Assembly (NCBI GenBank): GCA_965207885.1
Contig: OZ242311.1
Location: forward strand, 2,784,001-2,848,000
Source: Candidatus Latescibacterota bacterium
GTDB taxonomy: Bacteria; Latescibacterota; UBA2968
DNA: 64,000 nucleotides
Direction of reading: 5' to 3'
Shown here: positions 1-9,196 of the stretch, in pieces
Numbering within the stretch: the stretch's first letter is position 1
Layout: every line of letters begins with the position of its first letter
Notes under the pieces: model-generated
The model's database searches: none
What the model saw: the letters and a program-made list of their open reading frames with translations, nothing else
What the model was told of the DNA's origin: nothing
Position numbers and translations under genes: made by a program

Positions 1-166
1 TAGGGTCAGTGGCGCCTCCTTCCAGAGCACCGTCTATGAGGGCGTTGATCTCCAGAGTGGCCAGATATTTTGCCTGTTCGTTGTCGCGCCCTCCGTCGTA
101 AGTCTGAGTTTTGAAATCTACGACGCCAGCAGTGCCTTCCAAATCGCACAAGATAAGAATTCTCAT
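1..166 (-). CDS. M55-family (DppA-like) D-aminopeptidase, 5' part only (runs off window)
   Basis: Hand translation, not in ORF track: MRILILCDLEGTAGVVDF...LEINALIDGALEGGATD; DxEG metal motif; AGGAG RBS at 174-178. Confidence 0.8.
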   Translation of the reverse strand, partial: MRILILCDLEGTAGVVDFKTQTYDGGRDNEQAKYLATLEINALIDGALEGGATDP

Positions 167-368
167 GGAAAGTCTCCTGATGAAATTGACGATGTTTTAC
201 GTTGCCAAAATACATGATTGTGGGGCGCTCCTGCAAGCAGAGATGCGCCCGCCTCTCTTCCGAAAGATGCTTCGCCCAATTGCGTTTGACTTCGGCATGG
301 TCACTTTCTATCTTGCCCCTGAAAGATATTTTGCTATTTGGGCTGATTTTTTTTGGAGGATTGGACGG

Positions 369-1634
369 ATGGCGGCTAAACCAGAGTTTCGCAAGCCAGC
401 ACCGGAAGGGGTGGTGGAGCAGACCGGCATTGGTACCGGTACAGGCAATGGGATGGTGGTCTTAGACGACGGCTCCCTGATGATGGTTGTGGGGAGTCGT
501 TTTCATATCTCGACAGATGGCGGACAGACCTGGGGCGAGTCGCGGCCGCTGAACTGCGAGGCGATGGGAAGTTCGTCCAACCTGTCGTGTATAAAGCTAC
601 AGTCGGGCAAGCTGGCACTGGCGCACCGGGGCAAGGAGGAGGCGGGGTGGGGGACGGAGATATTCAACTGGAATCCCTTTTATTTTTCATTGTCTGAAGA
701 CGAGGGCCAGACCTGGACGGGTGCGTGGCCGATGAATCTGCTGGGCGGGCCTTACCACGATGTGATGATTCAGCTGTCGAGCGGGCGGTTGCTGATGCCC
801 AGCCGGATCTGTCACAGCAACAGACGGCACCCTGGTTTGGAATACGAGCGGGTGAGCAGTTACGGGATCTGGAAGGGGCTGCGGTTGCAGGTGAGCGGAC
901 ATTATCACTATCCTGAGGTAGATATCGCCGCGGTGAGTTATTCGGACGACGAGGGAAAGACGTGGCAGCAGTGCCAGGGGCAGTTGATGGGCTGGTTCGA
1001 CGCGGAGGGCATTCCCAACGGGCGCGGAGGAATCACGGCGGTGGATGAACCGAGTGTGGCGGAATGCGCGGATGGGCGAGTGATGCTGCTGGCGCGATCT
1101 ACGGTGGGGCGGCTGGTGCAGAGTATCAGCGAAGACGGCGGAGAGACCTGGACGCCGATTTTGCCGAGCGATCTGGCGAGTTCGTACTCGCCGCCGAGGC
1201 TGCGGCAGATTCCGAGCACGGGCGACTTGCTGTGTGTGTGGAACCAGGTGTCGCGGGATGAGATCAAACGGGGCTATCGGCGGGGGAGACTGTCGGTGGC
1301 GATTTCCAGGGATAGTGGCGCGAGCTGGGAGCGGTTCAAGACAATCGAGGTGAGCGAGGGGATGGAGGACGTGGAGCGGGTGGTGCCGCAGGAGCCGATT
1401 ACGCCGGTGATCGGGCTACCCGAAGTGGGTACGTTGCCGGAGGGTTTCGCTACCTTCGACTATCCCAATGTGTGGTTTGCGGGTGATGAGGTGTACCTGA
1501 CATACCACCGGAGCTGGGTGGAAGTGGATGAGGATGCCGGTGAAGCGGTGACACTGGGGGAACGGAAAGGGAAGACGAGAAAGCCACGCGAGATGGTGTT
1601 GCGCATTTATCCACTGGCGGAGTTTTACCGCTGA
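369..1634 (+). CDS. BNR/Asp-box sialidase-like beta-propeller glycosidase
   Basis: Five Asp boxes (STDGGQTW, SEDEGQTW, SDDEGKTW, SEDGGETW, SRDSGASW), DEP and DYP motifs; start moved to ATG 369 behind GGAGGA. Confidence 0.8.
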   Translation: MAAKPEFRKPAPEGVVEQTGIGTGTGNGMVVLDDGSLMMVVGSRFHISTDGGQTWGESRPLNCEAMGSSSNLSCIKLQSGKLALAHRGKEEAGWGTEIFNWNPFYFSLSEDEGQTWTGAWPMNLLGGPYHDVMIQLSSGRLLMPSRICHSNRRHPGLEYERVSSYGIWKGLRLQVSGHYHYPEVDIAAVSYSDDEGKTWQQCQGQLMGWFDAEGIPNGRGGITAVDEPSVAECADGRVMLLARSTVGRLVQSISEDGGETWTPILPSDLASSYSPPRLRQIPSTGDLLCVWNQVSRDEIKRGYRRGRLSVAISRDSGASWERFKTIEVSEGMEDVERVVPQEPITPVIGLPEVGTLPEGFATFDYPNVWFAGDEVYLTYHRSWVEVDEDAGEAVTLGERKGKTRKPREMVLRIYPLAEFYR

Positions 1635-1642
1635 AATGTCGT

Positions 1643-2881
1643 TTATTCTATTTCTGTATAGTCGGAGGTGAGGGTTAGATCACCCGACTTTATGTTAATA
1701 AAGCAGGCGGTTGTTCCTTCTGGCTGCGTGGCGGTTACTACCCAATGCTCGGCCCTCTTCCTCAGCTTTGCAGGTGATTCGATCCACTTCCTTTTGCCGG
1801 TGATTCCGGTATCAGTCGTTGATATCAGAAAGGCCTCATCCAAGGGCCTTGATGATCCAAAAATCACTGTGAACTGTCCGCTCTCAGTCCCGGACGAAAT
1901 TTGCTCGGCCCAGGGTTTGCCCTCTTTGACAACGCTGTCTGCGAAGGCATAGCTATCCGGAGGTTTCATACCGGCTTGGTGTCCGTGTTTCATGCCGGGG
2001 ATCAGACATACCATGTAGGGCCCGGATACAGTGCGATAGCAGGAGGCCTGCTTGTCCAATGGAAAGTGCTGGTCTCCCGGCCAGGAGAGCCAGAGAGTTG
2101 GAATTTCCACATTCTTTAAGCGCAGCACAGGATCCCAGACCTCTTTGTAAAGGTCATTATTTCCAAGCGCCCTGCCGTATTGATTGACCGCCTGGGATAG
2201 GTTCCCGCATCCGTACGTGGGAATGGCAAAAGCAAAGCGGTCGTCGATACCGATAACCGTGCTTGCAATAATGCCTCCCCAGGAGATACCCATCAGGCCG
2301 ACGCTCGTACTATCTACCTGCGACAGGGAACGAAGTAGTGAGTTCGCCAGGATTGCATCGGCAACGGCGTGATACATCCACTGTTCTTCAATCGGTTTGT
2401 CGGAGTCACCGTAAATACCTGTGCGAACTGGTCCCGACCAGGGATGTTTTTTCCACCTGTTGCGCCTGGTGTCGCCGGGTTTCCCTGGCTCCCGTTCATC
2501 TATCTGTCCTTCTACTGCGATACTGATTGCCGCGTATCCGCGGGCATTCCACTTTTCAACCCACTCCTTAAAGGCGGTTCCGCCACCGCCATGGATTAAC
2601 ACGATTCCCGGGACCTTGTGGCTCGACGATGCCTCCTCAGGGATACCGAGCCATGCATAGACGCGGGTTGGTTTTCCCTCGTACATAAGTGCATCAAAGT
2701 AGATCGTTTTCAACTCACCAGCACCAATACTGACGATTTGCTCATTTTCATTGCGGACAACCGGCGCATTTGTCAGTTCTGCCAGTGCGCGTATTCTCGA
2801 TTCCTCAGTGCGGTAATCAGCTTGCACGCTCAAAGTCCTCAGCATTGCTGCGAAAATAACTGTCCATTTAATTATTCTCAT
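1643..2881 (-). CDS. Secreted alpha/beta hydrolase (acetylxylan esterase/dienelactone hydrolase-like)
   Basis: Signal peptide, HGGGG, nucleophile GISWGG, HGH. Confidence 0.75.
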   Translation of the reverse strand: MRIIKWTVIFAAMLRTLSVQADYRTEESRIRALAELTNAPVVRNENEQIVSIGAGELKTIYFDALMYEGKPTRVYAWLGIPEEASSSHKVPGIVLIHGGGGTAFKEWVEKWNARGYAAISIAVEGQIDEREPGKPGDTRRNRWKKHPWSGPVRTGIYGDSDKPIEEQWMYHAVADAILANSLLRSLSQVDSTSVGLMGISWGGIIASTVIGIDDRFAFAIPTYGCGNLSQAVNQYGRALGNNDLYKEVWDPVLRLKNVEIPTLWLSWPGDQHFPLDKQASCYRTVSGPYMVCLIPGMKHGHQAGMKPPDSYAFADSVVKEGKPWAEQISSGTESGQFTVIFGSSRPLDEAFLISTTDTGITGKRKWIESPAKLRKRAEHWVVTATQPEGTTACFINIKSGDLTLTSDYTEIE

Positions 2882-2921
2882 CGTATTGTATTTCTCAGGT
2901 TCTCCAAAAGTCTTGATCGCC

Positions 2922-4382
2922 CTATCTATTGAAGGGCTTCCGCCTCATCGAAGAATAGACGCCTTCCAGAGTCCCGGCCTTTTTATGCCATACCAGTGCC
3001 TGCTCATTGGCGTCTTTGACATACTTGAGTGCCTCGGTAATAGGCTCTCCCATAGGATCGAAATACCCGGTCTGGGACTTACCCGTAGCGTCATGCGTTC
3101 CGGTCCAGGTTTCGATATACCCACATGTCTGCCAGCCCAGCATAAAGGGCAGGTTCATGATTCCCTTTAAATATACGGCGTACTGTTTGCCTTTATCCTC
3201 GATTGTGGGGACTTCCACCCCCTTCACCCTATCCATTTGGGGGCGCAGGAATCCATAGGCGTGGTCGCCGTTGATGATGGGCTTTCCCGTCTTTTCATAA
3301 ATTCTCCGCAGTTTTTGTTCGTGAGCCGGCGTATAGAAATCGTAATCCTGGATCAGCACCACATCTACGTAATTTTTCACAATATCCCACACCCAATCGG
3401 GTTGGGGCCTCGCATTTTGTATTTTATCGCCAAAAATCAAATGATTGGGGTCGTGTTTCCTGATGGCATCGTGGTGAGCCTTGAGATAAGCGTCAACGAT
3501 TTTTGCATTCATAAGTGCCTGATCGGTAAATCCCCTTTTGGGATCCCTGGGCATCCCATACTCGCTTATTTCGAAAAAATCCTCCCACGTATTGACATTT
3601 AATCCGTACATTTTCCCAGCCTCAGCAGCGGAAGAATACTGACCCTGTAACACTCCAATCCAAACTCTCTTCCCTGGTGTCTTGCCAGGGCGAGACAAGA
3701 TGTCCATGATCCAGGGATGGTGCTCAAAGCTTCTAATCGGCTTTCCCAAATTGTAAATTGTGTAAGCGGGTAGATCCTCGTAACTGTATCCTAACAAGTA
3801 CTTTGAGTCCCTGTGCTTTGAAGTGTAGGCTTTGACAAAATGGTCGAGTTTTTGTTTCCATGCAGGATCAAACACGTCGGGGAAGCGTTTGTCGGCTGAC
3901 CACTGTTTGACCCGTTTGGGGTGAACATGGCTCATTCGCAGTTTGCCAAAATAATACAACTTCAATTCGTTGCAATAATCTGTGGGCATTACGTGCGGAT
4001 GATGAAAGGATAGGGTATTGAAACCGTAATCTTTATGATCCTTAGCTATAATCTCCAGCCAGGTCCTGGCTCCTTCGGACTTAAAATCGACTCTTTTCCC
4101 CTTCATAATCCCGCCGCCGATTTTTTCGATCCAGTGTTCTTTGTTGTAACTGGCAAATCTGTGCAGGGGTCCCACGTGATTCATTCCAAGAGGAATAAAG
4201 GGTTCGCCATCACCGTTAACCATGGTCCAGATTTCGCCTACCTCTTCCAGGTGGACAAAATCTTTGTTCCCAATGATTCTAACTGCGTCTTCCTTGTCGA
4301 TCTGAGCAAACGAATGACTAAATACGGCTGTACAAAACAAGACGAGCGTTGTTGCTCTGAATAGAGCTTGTGAAAGCATCAT
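2922..4382 (-). CDS. Secreted clan GH-A glycoside hydrolase (beta-agarase/GH50-like)
   Basis: Signal peptide; FPDVFDP, LLGY, AIRKHDPNHLIFG, TGKPII segments typical of agarase-like TIM barrels. Confidence 0.6.
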   Translation of the reverse strand: MMLSQALFRATTLVLFCTAVFSHSFAQIDKEDAVRIIGNKDFVHLEEVGEIWTMVNGDGEPFIPLGMNHVGPLHRFASYNKEHWIEKIGGGIMKGKRVDFKSEGARTWLEIIAKDHKDYGFNTLSFHHPHVMPTDYCNELKLYYFGKLRMSHVHPKRVKQWSADKRFPDVFDPAWKQKLDHFVKAYTSKHRDSKYLLGYSYEDLPAYTIYNLGKPIRSFEHHPWIMDILSRPGKTPGKRVWIGVLQGQYSSAAEAGKMYGLNVNTWEDFFEISEYGMPRDPKRGFTDQALMNAKIVDAYLKAHHDAIRKHDPNHLIFGDKIQNARPQPDWVWDIVKNYVDVVLIQDYDFYTPAHEQKLRRIYEKTGKPIINGDHAYGFLRPQMDRVKGVEVPTIEDKGKQYAVYLKGIMNLPFMLGWQTCGYIETWTGTHDATGKSQTGYFDPMGEPITEALKYVKDANEQALVWHKKAGTLEGVYSSMRRKPFNR

Positions 4383-4411
4383 AACGGTTTCCTCTTTCTC
4401 TTAAACCTGAA

Positions 4412-5449
4412 TTAGTCGAGTTTTCCCTGATAGCAGGCATCGTCCCACAGGGTCGCACGGAAGCGTGGCTCATTACCCTTTATCACCGCAACCGCATCTT
4501 TGCACGCATCGGTGAAACAACGTCGGTGGCAGAAATCCGTGCCCCCTGCGATGTGGGGGGTTGCCAGCACGTTGGGATGCCGACGAAACCAGGCATCTGG
4601 TGGGGGAGGTTCCGGTGCGAACACGTCAATCGCCGCAGCAATCTCTCCAGCCTCAATGCGTTCCCACAGCGGATCTTGCTCAACCACTGCCATGCGCGTG
4701 ACAAGGACAAACAGAGCACCCCGTGGCAAGGCGTTGATGACTTCTCTGCTGATAATCTGCTGGGTTGTTGGCGTCGGAGGTAGGCCGACGACAAAGATTT
4801 CGCTGGACGCAGCCAGTTCCACAAGTGACGGGGCACGCTCGACACCGTGTGCTGCAAGTGTGGCATCTGCGACATAGGGGTCGTAGGTTCTCGTGGCGCA
4901 CCTGAATGGGGCAATCAGTTCGGCGTAACGCTGATTGATGCTGCCGAATCCGGCGAGTCCTACACGCCTACCTGTCAGGTCCCCATAGACAAAGCCTGGT
5001 TTTTTCCACATGTGAGATTTCCATTTGCCCTGGCGTGCGAGGTAGAGTGATTCGGGAATATCGCGGATGAGATTGAGTGTCATGGCGAGCGCAAACTCGG
5101 CAACCGATGGCGTCATGCTGCGCGACGTATCAATAAGCGGGATGTCGCGGTCTGCCAACTCCTGCAGGTCAACCCAACCATCGAAGCGATTGTCAAACGT
5201 CCCGGCTAAGACCTTCATCCGCTCGGCAGATTGCCAGTCTTGAGGGGTGGTTGCAGGACGGTGCCAGGGACCTATCACAATGCCATCCGCAACGGGAACA
5301 CGCTCGAGGAATCGCGTGAATGCTTCTTTGTCCTGTTGATCAATCTGGCGGATGATTTCGACTTCACCCTGCGTCTCAAGGAATGCACAACCTTCCTCGG
5401 TGCATTGCCGCTGTCGATGGGAATCCGTTTCGAACACAAGAATGTGCAT
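4412..5449 (-). CDS. D-isomer-specific 2-hydroxyacid dehydrogenase
   Basis: SVAEFAL, GFGSI Rossmann, DVFAPEP, TPHIAG. Confidence 0.85.
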   Translation of the reverse strand: MHILVFETDSHRQRQCTEEGCAFLETQGEVEIIRQIDQQDKEAFTRFLERVPVADGIVIGPWHRPATTPQDWQSAERMKVLAGTFDNRFDGWVDLQELADRDIPLIDTSRSMTPSVAEFALAMTLNLIRDIPESLYLARQGKWKSHMWKKPGFVYGDLTGRRVGLAGFGSINQRYAELIAPFRCATRTYDPYVADATLAAHGVERAPSLVELAASSEIFVVGLPPTPTTQQIISREVINALPRGALFVLVTRMAVVEQDPLWERIEAGEIAAAIDVFAPEPPPPDAWFRRHPNVLATPHIAGGTDFCHRRCFTDACKDAVAVIKGNEPRFRATLWDDACYQGKLD

Positions 5450-5478
5450 GGGCTTTCCTCCAAATACTTTTGCTACTA

Positions 5479-5684
5479 TCAGTTTTGTGGAAAATGAGCA
5501 ACGGTCTCGCCGCTTTCATCAAGAAATTCTAATCTGGCCGTGCCTTCTGGTTCAACAGAAAGTCTGATTCGGATCTTTGAATCTTCATTACAGTCGTGCG
5601 CTGTACTTCGAGGAGTTCTCCTACCGTTTGATACAGACAATCTATATGCTGCCACACACGATCCAATGTTTCACTCGATGTCAT
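5479..5684 (-). pseudogene. Internally deleted hypothetical gene remnant
   Basis: AAGGAG plus ATG (MTSSETLDRVW...) joined out of frame to a protein-like C-terminus RIRLSVEPEGTARLEFLDESGETVAHFPQN*. Confidence 0.4.
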
Positions 5685-5777
5685 GGAATGCTCTCCTTTC
5701 AAATTGTTTCACAAGATAGTCGGCAGATAAGGCACACAAGTCCTTCTTCACTCATTTCAGACTCTTCAGATCTCTCC

Positions 5778-6332
5778 CTACGAGGCTATGGCAAGGCGTT
5801 TCGATCTGATTCCTGCCTTGATCGCTTCGTAGGCCAGGGGTGAGAGAAAGGGCTTTCCTCGCTCAACTTTGGCCTCGAATGTGTCAAGTTCCTCAACCGT
5901 GAAATGGGATCTCGGCATGAATTCCAGATAATTGGCAACCTCCATTTCGATGAGGTCGCGAAGATCCGCTTGCGTGATGGGTGTGTGCTCTTCGTGAACA
6001 CGGTTCCACACAGTTGCCCCCTCCTTTCCTATCCCTTCGAAAAACCCACTGCGGATCGAAACGCTGAAGAGAAAAGCCAATCGCTCGGCCTTCTCGCCAA
6101 TCACTTCGCGGATGCGTTGCCGATCTTCAAGGGACGCTGACTCTGTCTTGTAGGATTGCGTGCCGTAGATGCTATGAAACAAACCTCCAAGACACACGGC
6201 CTGGTCGTTGCCCCAGGCCTGGAGAAAGTCGTGTGTTCCCCGAAGATGGTCTAATAGATCCCCGCCGCTGTGAGGGTTTTCGTCAGTGTTCAGGTCGAGT
6301 AAAAGTTCCAGGTGATTCTGTTCGATCATCAT
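5778..6332 (-). CDS. DUF6817-like HD-fold protein
   Basis: HSGGDLLDHL and GLFHSIYGT motifs; AAGGAGG RBS. Confidence 0.7.
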   Translation of the reverse strand: MMIEQNHLELLLDLNTDENPHSGGDLLDHLRGTHDFLQAWGNDQAVCLGGLFHSIYGTQSYKTESASLEDRQRIREVIGEKAERLAFLFSVSIRSGFFEGIGKEGATVWNRVHEEHTPITQADLRDLIEMEVANYLEFMPRSHFTVEELDTFEAKVERGKPFLSPLAYEAIKAGIRSKRLAIAS

Positions 6333-6344
6333 GGCCTCCTTCGC

Positions 6345-6363
6345 AATCTACATATCGATCTCA
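6345..6363. repeat. 19-bp direct repeat copy 1 (AATCTACATATCGATCTCA)
   Basis: Exact match to 8549-8567. Confidence 0.9.
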
Positions 6364-6390
6364 GCTTGCGTATTTAATATAAAAAATAAA

Positions 6391-6418
6391 GGAGACTACG
6401 AGTTCTTCCGTAGCCTCC
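6391..6418 (-). terminator. Intrinsic terminator
   Basis: GGAGGCTACG/CGTAGTCTCC stem then T-rich run on minus strand, after the hydrolase stop. Confidence 0.7.
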
Positions 6419-6441
6419 ACTGATGATCTTGCCAATGCGTT

Positions 6442-7584
6442 TCACTTTTTTAAATAGAACTTTTGATCCATTGAAACGGGCTTTGTTTTCAAGAGGGGGA
6501 CGGCAAAGCTGTGAATATCCTCTATCATAGCTACAACAAATGCTTCATCCACTCGTCTGCCCCAGTAGAAGCCGTGGTCTTTTCCCGGATAAATTTTCAC
6601 TTCGATCGTCTTTCCACCATCCCTAATCGCAGGAATAATATAATCCATATTGAAGTGTTTTAAAGGATGGACATCTCCGTGAAGGACGAGTAGGGGAGTT
6701 TGAAAACGGCTTACTTTGTCTTGAACTTTGGCAATAATATCTGGTGTTCAAAACTTCGCAGGGTCGTTGATTGGCTCATATCGAACCGCCTGGTCGGCTG
6801 CGGGTTTTGTCAACATCTCAGCAAAAATAATCGAAGCAGGTTCTCCAGCAACTGCCGCGCTTACAGAGGTTCGACTGATCAGTTCCAGCGTCATACTGCC
6901 ACCTCCACTGCCCCCCATTACGACAATACTTTCGGAATCCACCTGATCGAGCTTTCGCACAGCTTCTACAATGGCCAGAAAATCCAGAATTGGCCCTTCA
7001 GCCTGTGGATTGTCGGTATAATCCCGACGCGTAGCCTGAACTGTAACATAGCCCAGTGCTAAAAATCGGGTTTGAATGGGGCCTCCTGTCAGATTTTCCT
7101 GTCGTCTTTCCTGGCTCTGGTATCCGAGACCACCGTGCATAAAGACAATTGCAGGAAATGGTCCATCGCCTGGTGGTACGCGATAAGATGCTTCCGCAAT
7201 TGCTCCATCGCCAGAAGGTGTGCGTAGTTCGTGAACGGGTGAAATAGATAATGGTATTGACACCGGTTTTACGCCCTCAGCCAATGGAGAATTTTCATTG
7301 TCACCAGTCATCATGCGCTGTTCTTCTTCAGTATATTCCCTTTCAGGAGGTGTTGGGTTCAAGCCAAACTCCTCTCGAGAAATAAAACCGTCTTTGTTCG
7401 AATCCCGTCTATCGAAATTCGCCGCATTACCACTAAACTCTTCTCTGGAAATCCGACCATCCTTATTTGTATCACGCTGCGCAAAGTTCCTCTCACGTCG
7501 TTGTTCCCTGCTTTCATTGGCATCCTGAGCCAGGACAGGCACAATAAAAAGAAGCACTAACAAAACACTCCGTACGAGGGTCAT
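6442..7584 (-). pseudogene. Secreted EF-hand plus alpha/beta hydrolase with one in-frame TGA (6748-6750)
   Basis: Signal peptide, two EF hands (DTNKDGRISREE, DSNKDGFISREE), GGSGGG; frame continues PAKF*TPDII...LHGD...DHGF. Confidence 0.8.
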
Positions 7585-7868
7585 TTTTTTCCTATGGCGT
7601 CCAATGTGCAATTCGAAAAATAAGAGACTTGTAGAATATATTACGGTGGCTCTTATATGTCAAAGCCTACCAATATACGCTCGAAGCAGGGTATGGTCGT
7701 GATAGATATATGATGTGGAATGCCTTCAATCGCTAATCAGACTGAAGTCAGGTCAAGAGCAAAGTGACCATCTTGACGGAGGCGCCAGGCGATGGTCATC
7801 TGGGCGAGGGTCTGGCCGCGGGCGTATATAGACGTGCAAACGCACCCTCGTTTTTTATATTTCTTCGC

Positions 7869-8153
7869 TCACAGTCGATCTGCTTGGAGCGGCTCCAGTT
7901 CAATATTTAAGTCAAGCGCATGGCACACTTTCAAAAAGGTCGTCATATTACAATTGATCCCATTCTCCACCTTCGATAACTGCTGCTGAGTGATCGTCGC
8001 GCGTCTGGCAACTTCCTTTTGGGAAAGGCCCATCTGTTCGCGTAGGTGATAGATCTTCAGCGATAGCTCTGCCAGTTGCTTCTCCTCCTTGTAAATTCGC
8101 CGGAAACGCTCGTCTTTTAGCTTTTCCTTAAGATGGTTCCTAAAACTCCTCAT
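7869..8153 (-). CDS. XRE-family HTH antitoxin
   Basis: LREQMGLSQKEVA...QQQLSKVENG; overlaps end of toxin remnant. Confidence 0.85.
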   Translation of the reverse strand: MRSFRNHLKEKLKDERFRRIYKEEKQLAELSLKIYHLREQMGLSQKEVARRATITQQQLSKVENGINCNMTTFLKVCHALDLNIELEPLQADRL

Positions 8154-8365
8154 TGAATTCCTCCTTTAATTTCTGTTCGTCATAGCGAGCCAGAAAATCA
8201 GTTCGATACTTTTTGGATAAATCAATTTCAGATTGAGGCACACGCCCTGTTCGCTTCACAAACCCATGGGTCAAGACAATAAAATCTCTGAAGCAAAAGA
8301 AATAGAGAATCCTTACTTGATCTCCAGATAGTCTCACTCTCAGTTCATGTATCCCATCTTCTCAT
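8140..8365 (-). pseudogene. RelE/ParE (gp49-like) toxin with N-terminal half deleted
   Basis: EDGIHELRV...RILYFF...LTHGFVKRT retained; ATG at 8365 reads MRRWDT* out of frame. Confidence 0.75.
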
Positions 8366-8370
8366 ATAAA

Positions 8371-8399
8371 ATAATACATCATAAATGATGTGAATTCAA
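8371..8399 (-). promoter_or_regulatory. Sigma70 promoter with palindromic operator of the TA operon
   Basis: TTGAAT-17-TATTAT; ACATCAT-AA-ATGATGT palindrome at 8376-8391. Confidence 0.7.
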
Positions 8400-8548
8400 G
8401 CCTAAAAATTGAGCAACACATTTTGTTTTTCCAGATAGATGTCGTTTCCAGGACAATGCGTTGAACCCCCAATTCTTTAGCCTCTTGACCGAGATTTGCT
8501 GTGCATCCATTATTTTCAGTTTACCTCAGCCGGTAAAGTCCTTCCTGG

Positions 8549-8567
8549 AATCTACATATCGATCTCA
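8549..8567. repeat. 19-bp direct repeat copy 2
   Basis: Exact match to 6345-6363; spans last codons and stop (EIDM*) of the fragment at 8552-8735. Confidence 0.9.
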
Positions 8568-8735
8568 ACGATGGACCACATGACCAGTTCATCTACGCTG
8601 ATCTTTATTGCCTCCTCCGTGGCACCATATTCAAGTTTCTTCGGTTCTCTGCCGGGGGCGTGAAAGGTTATCTTGTACGGACCTGGACCACACAGCAAAT
8701 CGTTCCTTGCCGTGAGTTCAATATTCTCTTGCGCT
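8552..8735 (-). pseudogene. C-terminal fragment of a larger protein (beta-sandwich-like tail)
   Basis: Startless frame QENIELTARN...KITFHAPGREPKKL...ELVMWSIVEIDM*. Confidence 0.5.
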
Positions 8736-8914
8736 GATCACATCTGAACGTTCAAGAACCGGCCCTGACAAGCCAATAACGAATGCTAATACAACTGTCG
8801 AAAACGAAAAAGACTATCCACTGCTCTGCCCCTGCAGGATGTCTGCCGCCAAAAAGGAGCGTAGCGACTGAAGCACGGACACATGGTTAAGCGTCCGTGT
8901 TGTTTTTTGTCATC

Positions 8915-9191
8915 TTATTTTTGGGTGGGAAATAAGTGTTGCAGAGAATCCTTGGCAGATAGCGTATCATCAAATGGTTCGATTTTATTATTCTCAACAA
9001 TAACTGATGAACGATCTATTGGAGCAACGTCAATTTCAACAACTAATATCTTTGGATCGTTGGTGTAAAAAACATTGTTCACAACAGTGTTATCCCTCCC
9101 TGTTGGAGCAGGGATATTTTTCTGATCAAGATAGTCCACCCTTACTGGATCGTCCGTTTTTTTATTTAAAATCTGAATATATCGAGTCAGG
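8915..9191 (-). pseudogene. C-terminal gene fragment (beta-helix-like) cut by IS3
   Basis: Frame open up to the IS end (LTRYIQILNKK...DNTVVNNVFY...ENNKI). Confidence 0.55.
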
Positions 9192-9196
9192 TGGAG

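Noticed and set aside
1635-8900. Integron cassette array
   Set aside because: No repeated attC-like RYYYAAC...GTTRRRY hairpins and no intI seen.
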